In this document: positions 11,533 through 21,524 of the stretch, piece by piece
How positions within the stretch are numbered: the first letter of the stretch is position 1
How the letters are laid out: every line of letters begins with the position of its first letter
Assembly: GCA_051546255.1 (NCBI GenBank)
Contig: CP128816.1
Coordinates: 434,001 to 498,000 of the forward strand
Direction of reading: 5' to 3'
Length of the DNA: 64,000 nucleotides
Source: Meyerozyma guilliermondii
Taxonomy: Eukaryota
Made by a program: the position numbers and the translations under genes
Notes under the pieces: model-generated
The model's database searches: none
What the model was told of the DNA's origin: nothing
Seen by the model: the letters and a program-made list of their open reading frames with translations, nothing else

Positions 11533-12729
11533 ATGGACGAGGTTGCAGCGGGAACACCCCGTGTTTTGCGCGAGTGCGCCTCCATGCTATCCACCCCGAA
11601 CCACGAGAGATACATAGATACCCCAGACTACTCCAAATATTCCACCCATCCAGACATTCAGTATTTTCGTTCCGTCAAAGCAAAAAACCATTATCAGTAC
11701 CACCGTCTCAAACGAACTTCCAAGCCAATCAGGGAACGAATCTACGCTGCTGCCTCGAAGTTCGACCCGTATAGTCGACCACAGCTTCTACACCGACTAG
11801 CATCCTACACGGCACTCAACTGGAGTTTGCCAGAGTCAGCTTTGGCTCTGAAACTGTGGGAAGTCTCCGAGCTCAAGTGTGCTCAGAACGGATGGCGCTG
11901 CGTGTCGATCCGGAACTCCAATTTGAAAAACCATTTGGTGTGTGACGTGTGTCACCATCAACTTATTCTTCGTTATAACGAGGTTCACGATTCCATATTT
12001 GACTTTGATGTCGAAGAAGTTGCCCAACTCAACGTAAATCTTGCTCGGTCCTACTTGAAGCAAATCACTACTAAGGCTCACGGCACCGCTTGTCCATGGC
12101 AGAGCCTCGAGACTCCATTGCAAGGCGTATACTACATGCGACCTTTCTTGAAGAACACCAACGAAACTCTTTTAGCAGAGTACCGCAAAGCATTGAGTGG
12201 CCTCGTACGCCACTGGCGGGTGCTAGAACTGCAAATATCTCTTCCATCTTTGTCTCAAAACCACATCGAAGACACCGTCGTTCAGATCTCTACAGAAATT
12301 CTTCTAGCTGGTGAAAATGAAGACAAGGAAAATTTGGCTTCTTTGGCGGCCGCAGCCCCCTTATGGGTATTCACCATTGCCCAGCTTGGCTGGGAGCTCC
12401 GGAGCCAAAAATTTGCATCTCAAACTGTCTATTTGATGGTCTGCACTGGTTGCAATGCTCGTTGGGTTTTGAACGATATCCGTCAAAATTCTTCCAACCA
12501 AGAACCTCAATTGTCTCCCTCTAACATTCTCACACCCTGTGAGCACAGAGCTATAGTCGAAGAAGACGACGAATTCGACCCATGGGACCACAAATCATGG
12601 TGTTGTCGGAAACAAGACTCGGCACATTTGGCCGAATTGTTGAGGCGGGGACTCAAGCGCCAGGCTGAAGAATCCACCCAGCTGCGAAAGTCAGCTCGAA
12701 CAGAAACAGGTATAGACATAAAACAATAA
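11533..12729 (+). CDS. PML39: C3HC zinc finger / Rsm1-like protein (Pml39/NIPA family)
   Basis: KCAQNGW...CDVC...H...CPW pattern, second LGW...CTGC...DHKSWC module; adjacent to URA5/SEC65 as in Saccharomyces. Start at 11533 is preferred; an in-frame ATG also exists at 11443. Confidence 0.7.
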   Translation: MDEVAAGTPRVLRECASMLSTPNHERYIDTPDYSKYSTHPDIQYFRSVKAKNHYQYHRLKRTSKPIRERIYAAASKFDPYSRPQLLHRLASYTALNWSLPESALALKLWEVSELKCAQNGWRCVSIRNSNLKNHLVCDVCHHQLILRYNEVHDSIFDFDVEEVAQLNVNLARSYLKQITTKAHGTACPWQSLETPLQGVYYMRPFLKNTNETLLAEYRKALSGLVRHWRVLELQISLPSLSQNHIEDTVVQISTEILLAGENEDKENLASLAAAAPLWVFTIAQLGWELRSQKFASQTVYLMVCTGCNARWVLNDIRQNSSNQEPQLSPSNILTPCEHRAIVEEDDEFDPWDHKSWCCRKQDSAHLAELLRRGLKRQAEESTQLRKSARTETGIDIKQ

Positions 12730-12808
12730 GCACAATGAGCTCTCCTCGGAGCTCTCGGAGCCCACCTTAATCATTGCATCTATTGTAGCTATTATCATTT
12801 ATACATTA

Positions 12809-14866
12809 TCACAATACACTGTCGGCCAGCGATGTATCTGGTGGAACACTGAAATCCAAAATTTCGATAAACGCTTCCTCCAAACCATTTTGTTTCCGTT
12901 GCACTGCTGCCACACATCGATTTTGATCCAAGCGAACTTGCCAAATTCCTCCACTGATGTCTGGCAACAAATTTCTCACGAATTCGCCGGTTTGAATGTT
13001 CCAAAGCTTAAGCATTTCTATGCTTCCACTAACCACCCGAAGTCGATCATGATGCATACACGTGATGGCCTGGGTATGTCCCTTTAGTTTGCTGAGGTTT
13101 TCACCGGTACGAGGATCCCACACGCGAAGGGTAGTATCAGCAGCTGCCAGCACCAAATATTCATCTGACAACTCGAGTAATCCAACAAGCATAGTATGAC
13201 CTTGAAGTGTACGGATTAACTTCCCATCGTTCAAGTTCCAAACGTTGATGGTTGAATCCATACTTCCCGAGAAGCATTGCATCGTTGTAACATCTAACGC
13301 GGTCGAATAGATACGATCGCTATGGTTCAGAAGCACATACTTGCATCGGCCCCCAGCACGAAGATCCCACACCCGAACCGTGGTATCGTAGGATCCAGAA
13401 ACAACAAGGTTTCCGTAACCACACACTGTACGTACGGACTGAGTATGCCCAGCGAGAACCATTACAAGGTATGGGTTTTCGGCGTCTCCACAGTCGAAGG
13501 TGCCGTCACTTTCACGGCTGTCTTCGACAAGCGGAAGTCGCCAAACACGCAAGTTATGGTCACGAGAACCGGTAACAAGTAATGGATGCTCTGGAAATAT
13601 TATATCATTTCCCTTTTCATCCTTACCAATAGATTGAGGATGTAAGATGTGCATGCAACGAACAGTGGAAGTATGGCCACGGAACACATGTGTGCATCGT
13701 CCGGTACGAAGGTCCCATACACGGACCGTCTTGTCGGTGGATCCCAGTACCAAAGTGTTACCAAAATATTTGAGAGCCCAAACTCCCGAAGGTCTTTCGT
13801 GGCCCTCGAGTTCTCTGATGAGTTCTCCAGTTTTGGCACTATAAATATTGATACGCAGGTCTTCAACGCCCGCTATAATCTTGTCTTCATCGTGCTGCAA
13901 GCAGGTGACCACATTTTTGCCCAAGCCGGCAACACTGATACGTCTTGGTTCGTATTTAGGATCCATCCATCGATTGAGAATAATGCGCCGTTTCTTGTAC
14001 AACGTTTGCATCTTACTACAGCTGCTGTTGTGGCCGCCTACTCCCAGCCAGGGTGCTAGACTTTCATCGTCCGCCAACTCACGAGCAATTTCCTCGTCGT
14101 CTTTGACAAGCTTATCACGCTTCAACAATGTGGCCCAAAGTGCAGCATTATCCACCATTTTGTGCCAAGAACGGGATACTCGCGACACGTTTAGAAGAGC
14201 TCTGTACAGAAGATGCTGAAGGACGTTGTAGCCAATCTCGGCGGGAACAGTGGTCAATAAGTCTCGCTTCAAGCTGGAGTTTATCAAGTCTCCAAACGTG
14301 CTCAACATCACCCTGTCGGTTCGCTGAAGTAGTCGAAACACCAAGTGGTGTCTGTTTGTAGGACTGAGATAGCTACTCAAGCCCATGATCATGCTGATAA
14401 GTTCTTGTTGCGTGGCCGGGACCGTCAGAAGCTGGAGTTCTACAGGGTCGAGTGCAGGACTATGACGGCCAGCCTGGATGGGAGAAGCGCTGGGCGACGG
14501 AAGGGGAAGCTGCTGAGCTTGGTCTTGGTCGTCATCTGTCATGGGAGAACCGTGGTCTCGGCCGTTTTCACGAAGACTGTGGCGTACTTCTCGGGCGTCT
14601 CGAATACTGGCTTCGTCCAAGGTGGTGAGGCGGCGCTTTTGGCTGTGGATGTGGCCGTCGGAAATCAGGCTCTCCAAGTCGCTAATAGCCGCCATATCGT
14701 CGTCTGTCAAGTCTTGTTCTTCACCATCACGAATCCGCTTTCGGGCGCTCTGAGTCATGAGACTATGCTGGAGCCAAGCATCCACCAACTTTCCGTTGGG
14801 ATTCACCAACTTGCAGTTGTACGCGGCCTTGGCGCCTCTGAGGGGGTATACTGGAGCGGAATCCAT
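12809..14866 (-). CDS. CDC4: F-box/WD40 substrate receptor of SCF ubiquitin ligase
   Basis: LKRDLLTTVPAEI F-box, then WD40 repeats GVWALKY, CTHVFRGHTSTVRC, TGSRDHNLRVW, SGSYDTTVRVWD. Confidence 0.93.
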   Translation of the reverse strand: MDSAPVYPLRGAKAAYNCKLVNPNGKLVDAWLQHSLMTQSARKRIRDGEEQDLTDDDMAAISDLESLISDGHIHSQKRRLTTLDEASIRDAREVRHSLRENGRDHGSPMTDDDQDQAQQLPLPSPSASPIQAGRHSPALDPVELQLLTVPATQQELISMIMGLSSYLSPTNRHHLVFRLLQRTDRVMLSTFGDLINSSLKRDLLTTVPAEIGYNVLQHLLYRALLNVSRVSRSWHKMVDNAALWATLLKRDKLVKDDEEIARELADDESLAPWLGVGGHNSSCSKMQTLYKKRRIILNRWMDPKYEPRRISVAGLGKNVVTCLQHDEDKIIAGVEDLRINIYSAKTGELIRELEGHERPSGVWALKYFGNTLVLGSTDKTVRVWDLRTGRCTHVFRGHTSTVRCMHILHPQSIGKDEKGNDIIFPEHPLLVTGSRDHNLRVWRLPLVEDSRESDGTFDCGDAENPYLVMVLAGHTQSVRTVCGYGNLVVSGSYDTTVRVWDLRAGGRCKYVLLNHSDRIYSTALDVTTMQCFSGSMDSTINVWNLNDGKLIRTLQGHTMLVGLLELSDEYLVLAAADTTLRVWDPRTGENLSKLKGHTQAITCMHHDRLRVVSGSIEMLKLWNIQTGEFVRNLLPDISGGIWQVRLDQNRCVAAVQRKQNGLEEAFIEILDFSVPPDTSLADSVL

Positions 14867-15331
14867 CAGTTTTGGGTGTTTTGATAAGGAGTAAGATTGA
14901 AATTGAACAGAAGATTATCAAACGCTTGTTTGTTTTTATGGGTTTTTTGGATGGAAGGACAAAAAATAGAGTGTACTGGCAAATGTGATAGGCGAGAACG
15001 TTCTGTGGGTAATTTCAAGCCTTGTTGTCCTGCTAAAAACGCCTATCTTTTGGAATTAAAAAATGCACTTATTTGGTAACCGGAAGAAAAAAATTGATTT
15101 TGAAATTAAAACACAAAGTAGTGTTTTTAAGCTTCTTTTCTGCTCTGAAGTCACGTCTCCGAGTCTCAAATCCGATATGTCGTACGTTTAGAAGCCCCCT
15201 TACGAGACCGCCAGTCAACAATGCGAAAACAAATGGTGAGAATTCAGAAACGAGCGGTGCGGCTGGAGCGGTGTTAAGGTGCGGGAAGCGAAAAAGTAGT
15301 AGAGAAGTACCAATGATTTCAGGTTACTAAA

Positions 15332-15412
15332 AATTCTACCATGATTCTATCATTCTACTATTCTACTATTCTACGTTCTACTATTATCTACTAATTATTC
15401 GTACATTCTCTC
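15332..15412. repeat. Degenerate ATTCTACT microsatellite in the CDC60 3' flank
   Basis: attctaccatgattctatcattctactattctactattctacgttctactattatctact visible directly. Confidence 0.75.
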
Positions 15413-18400
15413 CTATTCTATGTTGGTGAACAAAATGCCAGGTTCACCGGGCACCGCAGATTCAATCACTTTTCCACTCAAGGTGATCTCGACTTCTTCT
15501 CCGGTTGCGACATTGACACCCTTCTTGGAGCCGTTCTGGAACGAAATGATCTCAATTTCTTTCACTTCAAATGAAACTGGAGCTCTTTTGAGATTATTAA
15601 TGACAGACTGAATCACTTCGGTTTCTTTGAATGTCAACTTTCTGTTGAAAACAGTCTCGGTGTTCTCGGTAGCCAATCTCTGTTTCAAAAGCGAAATAAA
15701 TGGCATGGCTCTCTTCATATCTTTGCCCACCTTCTTTTTGATAAGTCCGTTATCGTCAAGAGAATGGTTTTCGTATAACTCACGAACAAGCTCAATATAG
15801 TTATCTTGCCATTCTGGGAACGTTTCCGATACGAAAAGGGTCAACTTGGCAGGCTTGGACACATCAAGATCCAGCGCAGTCTTGCCCTTCTTCTTTTTCA
15901 ACACATTAGCCTCGGCTTCACGAATAGACCTAGAAATATCTCTAACGTATTCCAAGGAATCGGAAATCGACTTTGAGGGCTCTTTTGATGCTCGTGGGAA
16001 AGCAGCGTTTTGAATCGACTCAGATTTGCCCAACAAGTCTCTGTACAAGTATTCTGCAAAATGAGGAGCAATAGGACCCAAAATCAACGCTTGTGTCTCG
16101 ATATACTTCAACACGAGATCTTTGTGCATGCCAATGTTTCCAGAAACCGAGTCTCTGTAGTAGTCTCTGGCGGTCTGGTAGTCGAAAAGTCCAAACTTTA
16201 AACCAGCCTTAAAGTTGGTCTCAGAAAATTCGGCATAGGTCTTCTCGATCAAATCGTTCATTTCGTTGTCAAAAGCAACGTCAAAGAAACTGTCTGCTGG
16301 TCCCGTACGAAGGTCGTTTTGGTTCTTGACCATTTCGTCACACCACTCTTTCAACGTGGTAAGTCTCAAGATGGCAGCATTGGCATTGGACTCGTCAAAG
16401 TTTGCATCTTCCACCGAGTCTCCGGCATCAGCCAAAGCAATTCTAGATGCATCGGCTCCAAACTTGTGAACAAGATCGTCCAATGTCAAAAAGTTACCGG
16501 TAGATTTCGACATCTTGGCGTTGTTCAACATCAAATGTCCATTGGATCTAATACCCTTGGGCCACATTTTTCTGGGGAACAAGGCAACATGACAGTAGAT
16601 GAAGAAAGTCAAGTGGTTAGGAATCAAATCCTTACCAGAAGCCCTGATATCCAATGGGTAAAAGTATTCAAACTCACGTCTCATGGCTTTCAACTGTTCC
16701 ATTGGAATATCCGTCTTGATGTCGTCACGACGAGAAAAGATGAAATCAAACACTTCGTCTGTCATTTGGTCTGGAGAAATGGAAAATGCTCCTTTTTCCT
16801 TTCCATAGTAGTCCGAGTGCAAGAACCGAGCAATGGTGTAGTAAGCCATGTAGATCTGAGAGTCAGATAAAGACTCCACCAATTGCGACTTGTCCCATGG
16901 CAACTTGGTTCCCAAACCATATGTTCTTGTTAAAGCCCAATTCTTCAACCAGTCCAACACACCTTCAAATCCGTGTCTTGTCTCCTTGGTGAAAGTTTGC
17001 ATGTGAGCCAAACAATCCAAAGCCTGTGATTTCCATGATTCCTCACCGTAGTCAAGGTACCATTGGTCCTCAAGAGAAACAATACACTCATCACCAGATC
17101 TGGAAATAATCATACCTTCAGGTTCACAGTACACGAAAGCATCTCCAGAAGCCACAAGATCAGCCTTCACCTTTGGCTTGGCATCCTCAACTTTTTCGCC
17201 AAAATACTTTCCAACAATCATGGTGGCATTGTAAAATCCTTCCTTATAAGCCTGCTCCTTAGCTTCTGCTAATTGGACGGAATCCTTGGGCGATTGAATC
17301 TTCATCTTGTTAACCAAAAATTCAGCACACTTGTCACCAAACTTTTCAGTTCTGACCACTGGAACAATTTCTGTCTTGACCCATTCCTTCTGAATACCGT
17401 AGTACTCGGCCTTGTTAGCCAAGTCTCTGGTAGTGACAAAATCGTCAGGAGAGTCTGATGGCACACAGGTAACCACTCCAGTACCTTTCGAAGCCAAAAC
17501 GGTTTCCATGGGAAGAACTCTCAACTCGTCATACACAGCCAATGGAGCAGTAATCTTTGATCCAATTAAAGCAGAACCGTCAATTTGAGCTGCCGATTTG
17601 TAGTTACCTCTTTCTGGAGTCAACTTTTGGTAGCACATGTTCTTGAAAGCACGCTCGGTACAAATGTAGTACTCGTTGTTTCCAGCATGGAAAATGCCAT
17701 ATTTGATCTTGGGAGACACAAAACAACAAGTTTGTCCATACATGGTTTCAGGTCTCAAGGTGGCAGCCACCAAAAACACCTTCTTATCAGAGAAATCGAA
17801 CTTTTGCTCGGCAAGATTTTCTTGCGCTTTAGGAGCAAATTCAGTGACTCTAATCTTGATACCGGTATACTCTTGAGGATTCAAACCTTCTCCCGACAGT
17901 CTATCGTGATCCAAGCATGGTTGACCGTCCTTTTCCGAGTAGACGGTGTATCTTTCACCAAACTTGATCTTACCACAGTCTCTCAATCTGTTCATCTCCC
18001 ATCTCACGAAAGCATCAAAGTAGGGATTGGCATCGGTGGTGACAAAACTACGTCTCCAGTCGACTCTTCCACCAAACGCAGTAACATCTCTCTGCACCAA
18101 CTTAGGGAAAAATTCCAACCAATGGTGAGGGTCAGCAAACTTGGCAACTTCTTCCCGCGATAAACCCAATTGCATCATGATTTCAAACTGGTATTTTCCA
18201 CGGCCCTGTTTAGCAGCTGCCTTGGACTTCTTGGCTTTAAACTTGGTAACGTCCTCATTTTTGACCTCCTTCTTCTCCTCTTCTTCTTCTTCATCGTCAG
18301 CAGGTACTCCAGAGAAATCATTGCCAAATTGCTCAAGTTCTCTCTTGATCTTATCCGCAGCCGCCTTGATGGGCATTCCCGAGCAGTGGAAACCCAAAGG

Positions 18401-18694
18401 AAAAAGAGCTCTTTTGCCATTCATCCTCTCAAAACCAGTTGCAAACTCAACCTTGGACAAAGTGAAACTGTGACCAGCGTGCAACGTTCCATTCATGTAA
18501 GGAAAAGCCATGGTGGAGTAAAACTTGGGGTATTTTTCTCTCAATTTATCAGCGTCATCAGTAGGGTCTTCCTCAATAGTGGGTGCGTTGACCTCGAACG
18601 CTTTCTCCTCGGCCCATATTTTCTGGTACTTCTTCTCTATGGCGACCAACTCATCTCTTCGCTGAGTATTTTCCAATTTAATGGTTGCACTCAT
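15413..18694 (-). CDS. CDC60: Cytosolic leucyl-tRNA synthetase
   Basis: PYMNGTLHAGH (HIGH-like), ATLRPET, KGTGVVTCVPSDSPDD editing domain, KMSKS. Confidence 0.97.
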   Translation of the reverse strand: MSATIKLENTQRRDELVAIEKKYQKIWAEEKAFEVNAPTIEEDPTDDADKLREKYPKFYSTMAFPYMNGTLHAGHSFTLSKVEFATGFERMNGKRALFPLGFHCSGMPIKAAADKIKRELEQFGNDFSGVPADDEEEEEEKKEVKNEDVTKFKAKKSKAAAKQGRGKYQFEIMMQLGLSREEVAKFADPHHWLEFFPKLVQRDVTAFGGRVDWRRSFVTTDANPYFDAFVRWEMNRLRDCGKIKFGERYTVYSEKDGQPCLDHDRLSGEGLNPQEYTGIKIRVTEFAPKAQENLAEQKFDFSDKKVFLVAATLRPETMYGQTCCFVSPKIKYGIFHAGNNEYYICTERAFKNMCYQKLTPERGNYKSAAQIDGSALIGSKITAPLAVYDELRVLPMETVLASKGTGVVTCVPSDSPDDFVTTRDLANKAEYYGIQKEWVKTEIVPVVRTEKFGDKCAEFLVNKMKIQSPKDSVQLAEAKEQAYKEGFYNATMIVGKYFGEKVEDAKPKVKADLVASGDAFVYCEPEGMIISRSGDECIVSLEDQWYLDYGEESWKSQALDCLAHMQTFTKETRHGFEGVLDWLKNWALTRTYGLGTKLPWDKSQLVESLSDSQIYMAYYTIARFLHSDYYGKEKGAFSISPDQMTDEVFDFIFSRRDDIKTDIPMEQLKAMRREFEYFYPLDIRASGKDLIPNHLTFFIYCHVALFPRKMWPKGIRSNGHLMLNNAKMSKSTGNFLTLDDLVHKFGADASRIALADAGDSVEDANFDESNANAAILRLTTLKEWCDEMVKNQNDLRTGPADSFFDVAFDNEMNDLIEKTYAEFSETNFKAGLKFGLFDYQTARDYYRDSVSGNIGMHKDLVLKYIETQALILGPIAPHFAEYLYRDLLGKSESIQNAAFPRASKEPSKSISDSLEYVRDISRSIREAEANVLKKKKGKTALDLDVSKPAKLTLFVSETFPEWQDNYIELVRELYENHSLDDNGLIKKKVGKDMKRAMPFISLLKQRLATENTETVFNRKLTFKETEVIQSVINNLKRAPVSFEVKEIEIISFQNGSKKGVNVATGEEVEITLSGKVIESAVPGEPGILFTNIE

Positions 18695-18774
18695 GTTGGA
18701 GGTTTCTACAACAAATTTTCAGCGACATATATTTGAGTCACGGCTATATGCAGTCCATATACCAAGCCGGAGTT

Positions 18775-21435
18775 CTACTTGGTACGCTTTCTCTTTGTGG
18801 CCACGACGGTGGGGACCATGAGTTTCCGCTTTGGCTCTGTGGTGGTGCCTTTTTGAGGGTTTCTGAAACTGGATTTGGGGCCAACTCTTAAAGTATTTCC
18901 GTCAAAAATTGTAGACTCAATTTGGAGGGCCGACTTGGTGGTTTCGGAATCTGAAAATTCGATTACGGCGCTGCCAGTTTCGTGGTCTAGGAACGACTTG
19001 CTGACGGTTCCAAAGTGCTCAGCCATAAATGCTTCCAACTGTTCTTGTCGGACCGAATCGGGAAATCCTGTGATAGTTATTGTTCTTTGGTCATCGTAGT
19101 CTGATGGGTTGTAGATTGACACCTGAGGTTGTGCTTTGTAGACGTGAACTTTACGATTCCTGATCAATTCTCCGTCAGCATTGAGGGCATTGAGTGCCGA
19201 GGGCTCGGTTTTGAATGTCACAAAAGCATATCCTCCATTTACATGGCCCTTGTTTCTCATGTCTTTTTTGATAGGAAGCGAGATTTCCTCCAACTCTCCG
19301 TGCTTTTCAAAAACTGTTCTTAGTTCCGACTCCGTAGTATAGTAGTCGAGGTTCTTCACACACACCTGGCGGTGCATTACTTGTTTTCTTGTTTCAATTT
19401 TTTTGGGTGGCCGTGAGATTGCAACCACCAACTTGAAAGAATCACCGCTAATTTTGTCGCTCAATTTGGTGCCATTGTGTTTCTTGACTGCTGCTGCTGC
19501 TGACTCTGGCTTTGTGAACTCAAGGTAGCAAAACCGACGTTCTCGGCCACTTTTCAACGAGGGAAATCGAGCACTCACAATTTGACCACAATCTTCAAAT
19601 AGTGCCTTGACTTCGCTTTGGCTAAAACTAGGCGGAAAATTACTCACCCATATTATAGCTTCACGGAGCTGAGACACGGCAATGTGCTGGCCGTTTATGG
19701 CTTTTTTGTCCTTGGTTAGTGCTGCCATTAATGCCTGTTCGGTTCGAAATTCCAAGGTCGCTTCGTAATGCAATCCAGAGTCAACGAGCACAGAGTCGGC
19801 AATTTCTCCACAGTCGGAGAATATCAGCTTAAGATCGTTTTCCGTGGCAGATTTGGGTATGTTTTCAACTTTTATCTTGAGACTTTCTCGATTCCTGGCA
19901 GCAGGTTTTTCTTCGTTGGGTTGAGGTTCGATATCGATTGGAAGTTGTGCCGGAGATGTCAACACCTTCTTGAGCTCTCTGTTAGCCACAAGCATCATTT
20001 CATTATAAGAATCAAGAGTGCCATGAGCAAGTTCAAAATTTAGTGCTTCTTGAATAATGCGTTCTGGCCAGTCCATTTTCAGACACTCCATTACGGCGTC
20101 TCGGTAAAACTTTGCTACTTTCTTGTAAGGGATTCCATGTGCCTGCTGGAACTGTCCTGCAAAGAGCCACACCTCACACTGATCAGGAAAATGACGAACC
20201 AAATCCATGGTGATTGAGTTTGCGAGCTTGATATCGTCTTTTTGTGCAGCAATTGAAACTGCTAGTTTTTCCACAGCATGGAAAACATCATTGTGTCGAA
20301 ACGCATGGTTCACGTAAAGTTTGAGATGATCTGGAACACCACCCAAAGCTTTGTGCTCGTAGAAAAGGACCGCTAATGCGACCACCTTCCAGTCATCATA
20401 GCTGGCTGTATTGATCAAATCTATGTGCTCAATGCGGTCGAGCATCAGACGAAACTTGAGTTCCGGCTCCTCAAAAGATTGGCAGCTTCTGATATACTCA
20501 CCGTAACTCACAGCAGAATTAGGAAAAGCTCGAACAAAATTGTAAAGATGTGTCTCGGTATCCAAGTGAAGCTTATACGTCCCGTAGAGGAACGAGAGCC
20601 ATACTGGAACCCATTGGGTTGTGCCAGCAGCCTCGGATTCTATTCGAGACCTGGCTAAAGTTACACGAAGTCTGGTGGAAGCATCTTCGGCGTATGTGGC
20701 GATATGTTCCAAATAGTCGCACCATGGTTGCGGCAAGTTGGGTGTCTTTATAGCATTTTCAAGCTTGATATAATAGTTGGCCAACTTCTGGGATCGCTGG
20801 TATACCTTGTTGGCTTGCAACATGTGCAGTTCGTAGGAATTGGAGTAGTATTTAGACACAAAAGACGACGCTTGTTTGAAGGTATTTTCGAGGTCGGCAT
20901 GGCTTGCGGAAAGGACTGAAAGCCATACTTTCCACAAACTATCAATTGTTGACGAATCTTCATTTTGCAAGTTTCGAGTACAGTATTCGAAATACTGGTT
21001 GTAAACCAAATGGGCATCTTTAAAATCACAACTGACAACCGAAAGAGCTCGATTAAAAAGCACAGAAACAGAGACTGAGGATCTTATCTGTTCATTGTTT
21101 CCATTTTTCTTGTTTTGCTCCTTTTCAGTCAGCGTCTCCTTTTCATTTTCAATCACACACCCAATATATCGGTACCAATTTGCGGCAACGGGATACTCCA
21201 GCACCAAAAATTCATAGAATTCAATGGTGGCTCGATATCGGAGCCCAAAATTGGTTAATTTGTTGATATCTTGCAACCATTCAGCGAAATCGTGGGGTGT
21301 CAACAGAAAGTATCGCAATTTAGATTTGCGGGCAGCAGTCAAGGCGTTGAAATTTTCATTGACGTCGATCCGCAACGAAGCAATCTCCACATCGTGATGT
21401 TTCAAGTCGTATAAAGACCTGTTCAGTGCTTCCAT
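18775..21435 (-). CDS. PRP24: U4/U6 snRNP recycling factor, long form with helical N-terminus and 4 RRMs
   Basis: DWPERI motif, RNRESLKIKV, WVSNFPPS, RFPSLK...RRFCYLEF, NGGYAFVTF; divergent from TMA23 as in Saccharomyces; ATG at 21435. Confidence 0.88.
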   Translation of the reverse strand: MEALNRSLYDLKHHDVEIASLRIDVNENFNALTAARKSKLRYFLLTPHDFAEWLQDINKLTNFGLRYRATIEFYEFLVLEYPVAANWYRYIGCVIENEKETLTEKEQNKKNGNNEQIRSSVSVSVLFNRALSVVSCDFKDAHLVYNQYFEYCTRNLQNEDSSTIDSLWKVWLSVLSASHADLENTFKQASSFVSKYYSNSYELHMLQANKVYQRSQKLANYYIKLENAIKTPNLPQPWCDYLEHIATYAEDASTRLRVTLARSRIESEAAGTTQWVPVWLSFLYGTYKLHLDTETHLYNFVRAFPNSAVSYGEYIRSCQSFEEPELKFRLMLDRIEHIDLINTASYDDWKVVALAVLFYEHKALGGVPDHLKLYVNHAFRHNDVFHAVEKLAVSIAAQKDDIKLANSITMDLVRHFPDQCEVWLFAGQFQQAHGIPYKKVAKFYRDAVMECLKMDWPERIIQEALNFELAHGTLDSYNEMMLVANRELKKVLTSPAQLPIDIEPQPNEEKPAARNRESLKIKVENIPKSATENDLKLIFSDCGEIADSVLVDSGLHYEATLEFRTEQALMAALTKDKKAINGQHIAVSQLREAIIWVSNFPPSFSQSEVKALFEDCGQIVSARFPSLKSGRERRFCYLEFTKPESAAAAVKKHNGTKLSDKISGDSFKLVVAISRPPKKIETRKQVMHRQVCVKNLDYYTTESELRTVFEKHGELEEISLPIKKDMRNKGHVNGGYAFVTFKTEPSALNALNADGELIRNRKVHVYKAQPQVSIYNPSDYDDQRTITITGFPDSVRQEQLEAFMAEHFGTVSKSFLDHETGSAVIEFSDSETTKSALQIESTIFDGNTLRVGPKSSFRNPQKGTTTEPKRKLMVPTVVATKRKRTK

Positions 21436-21493
21436 TGACAAACAGCGGTGAGTGCTATCGATCTACAAACTCCACAATTTCGGCGCGCGCGAA

Positions 21494-21510
21494 CTCATCT
21501 CATCTCATCT
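21494..21510. promoter_or_regulatory. Tandem PAC-core motifs (CTCATC x3) in the 89-bp PRP24/TMA23 divergent promoter
   Basis: ctcatctcatctcatct; PAC (GATGAG) is typical of ribosome-biogenesis genes. Confidence 0.55.
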
Positions 21511-21524
21511 CCAATTTCGGGCTG

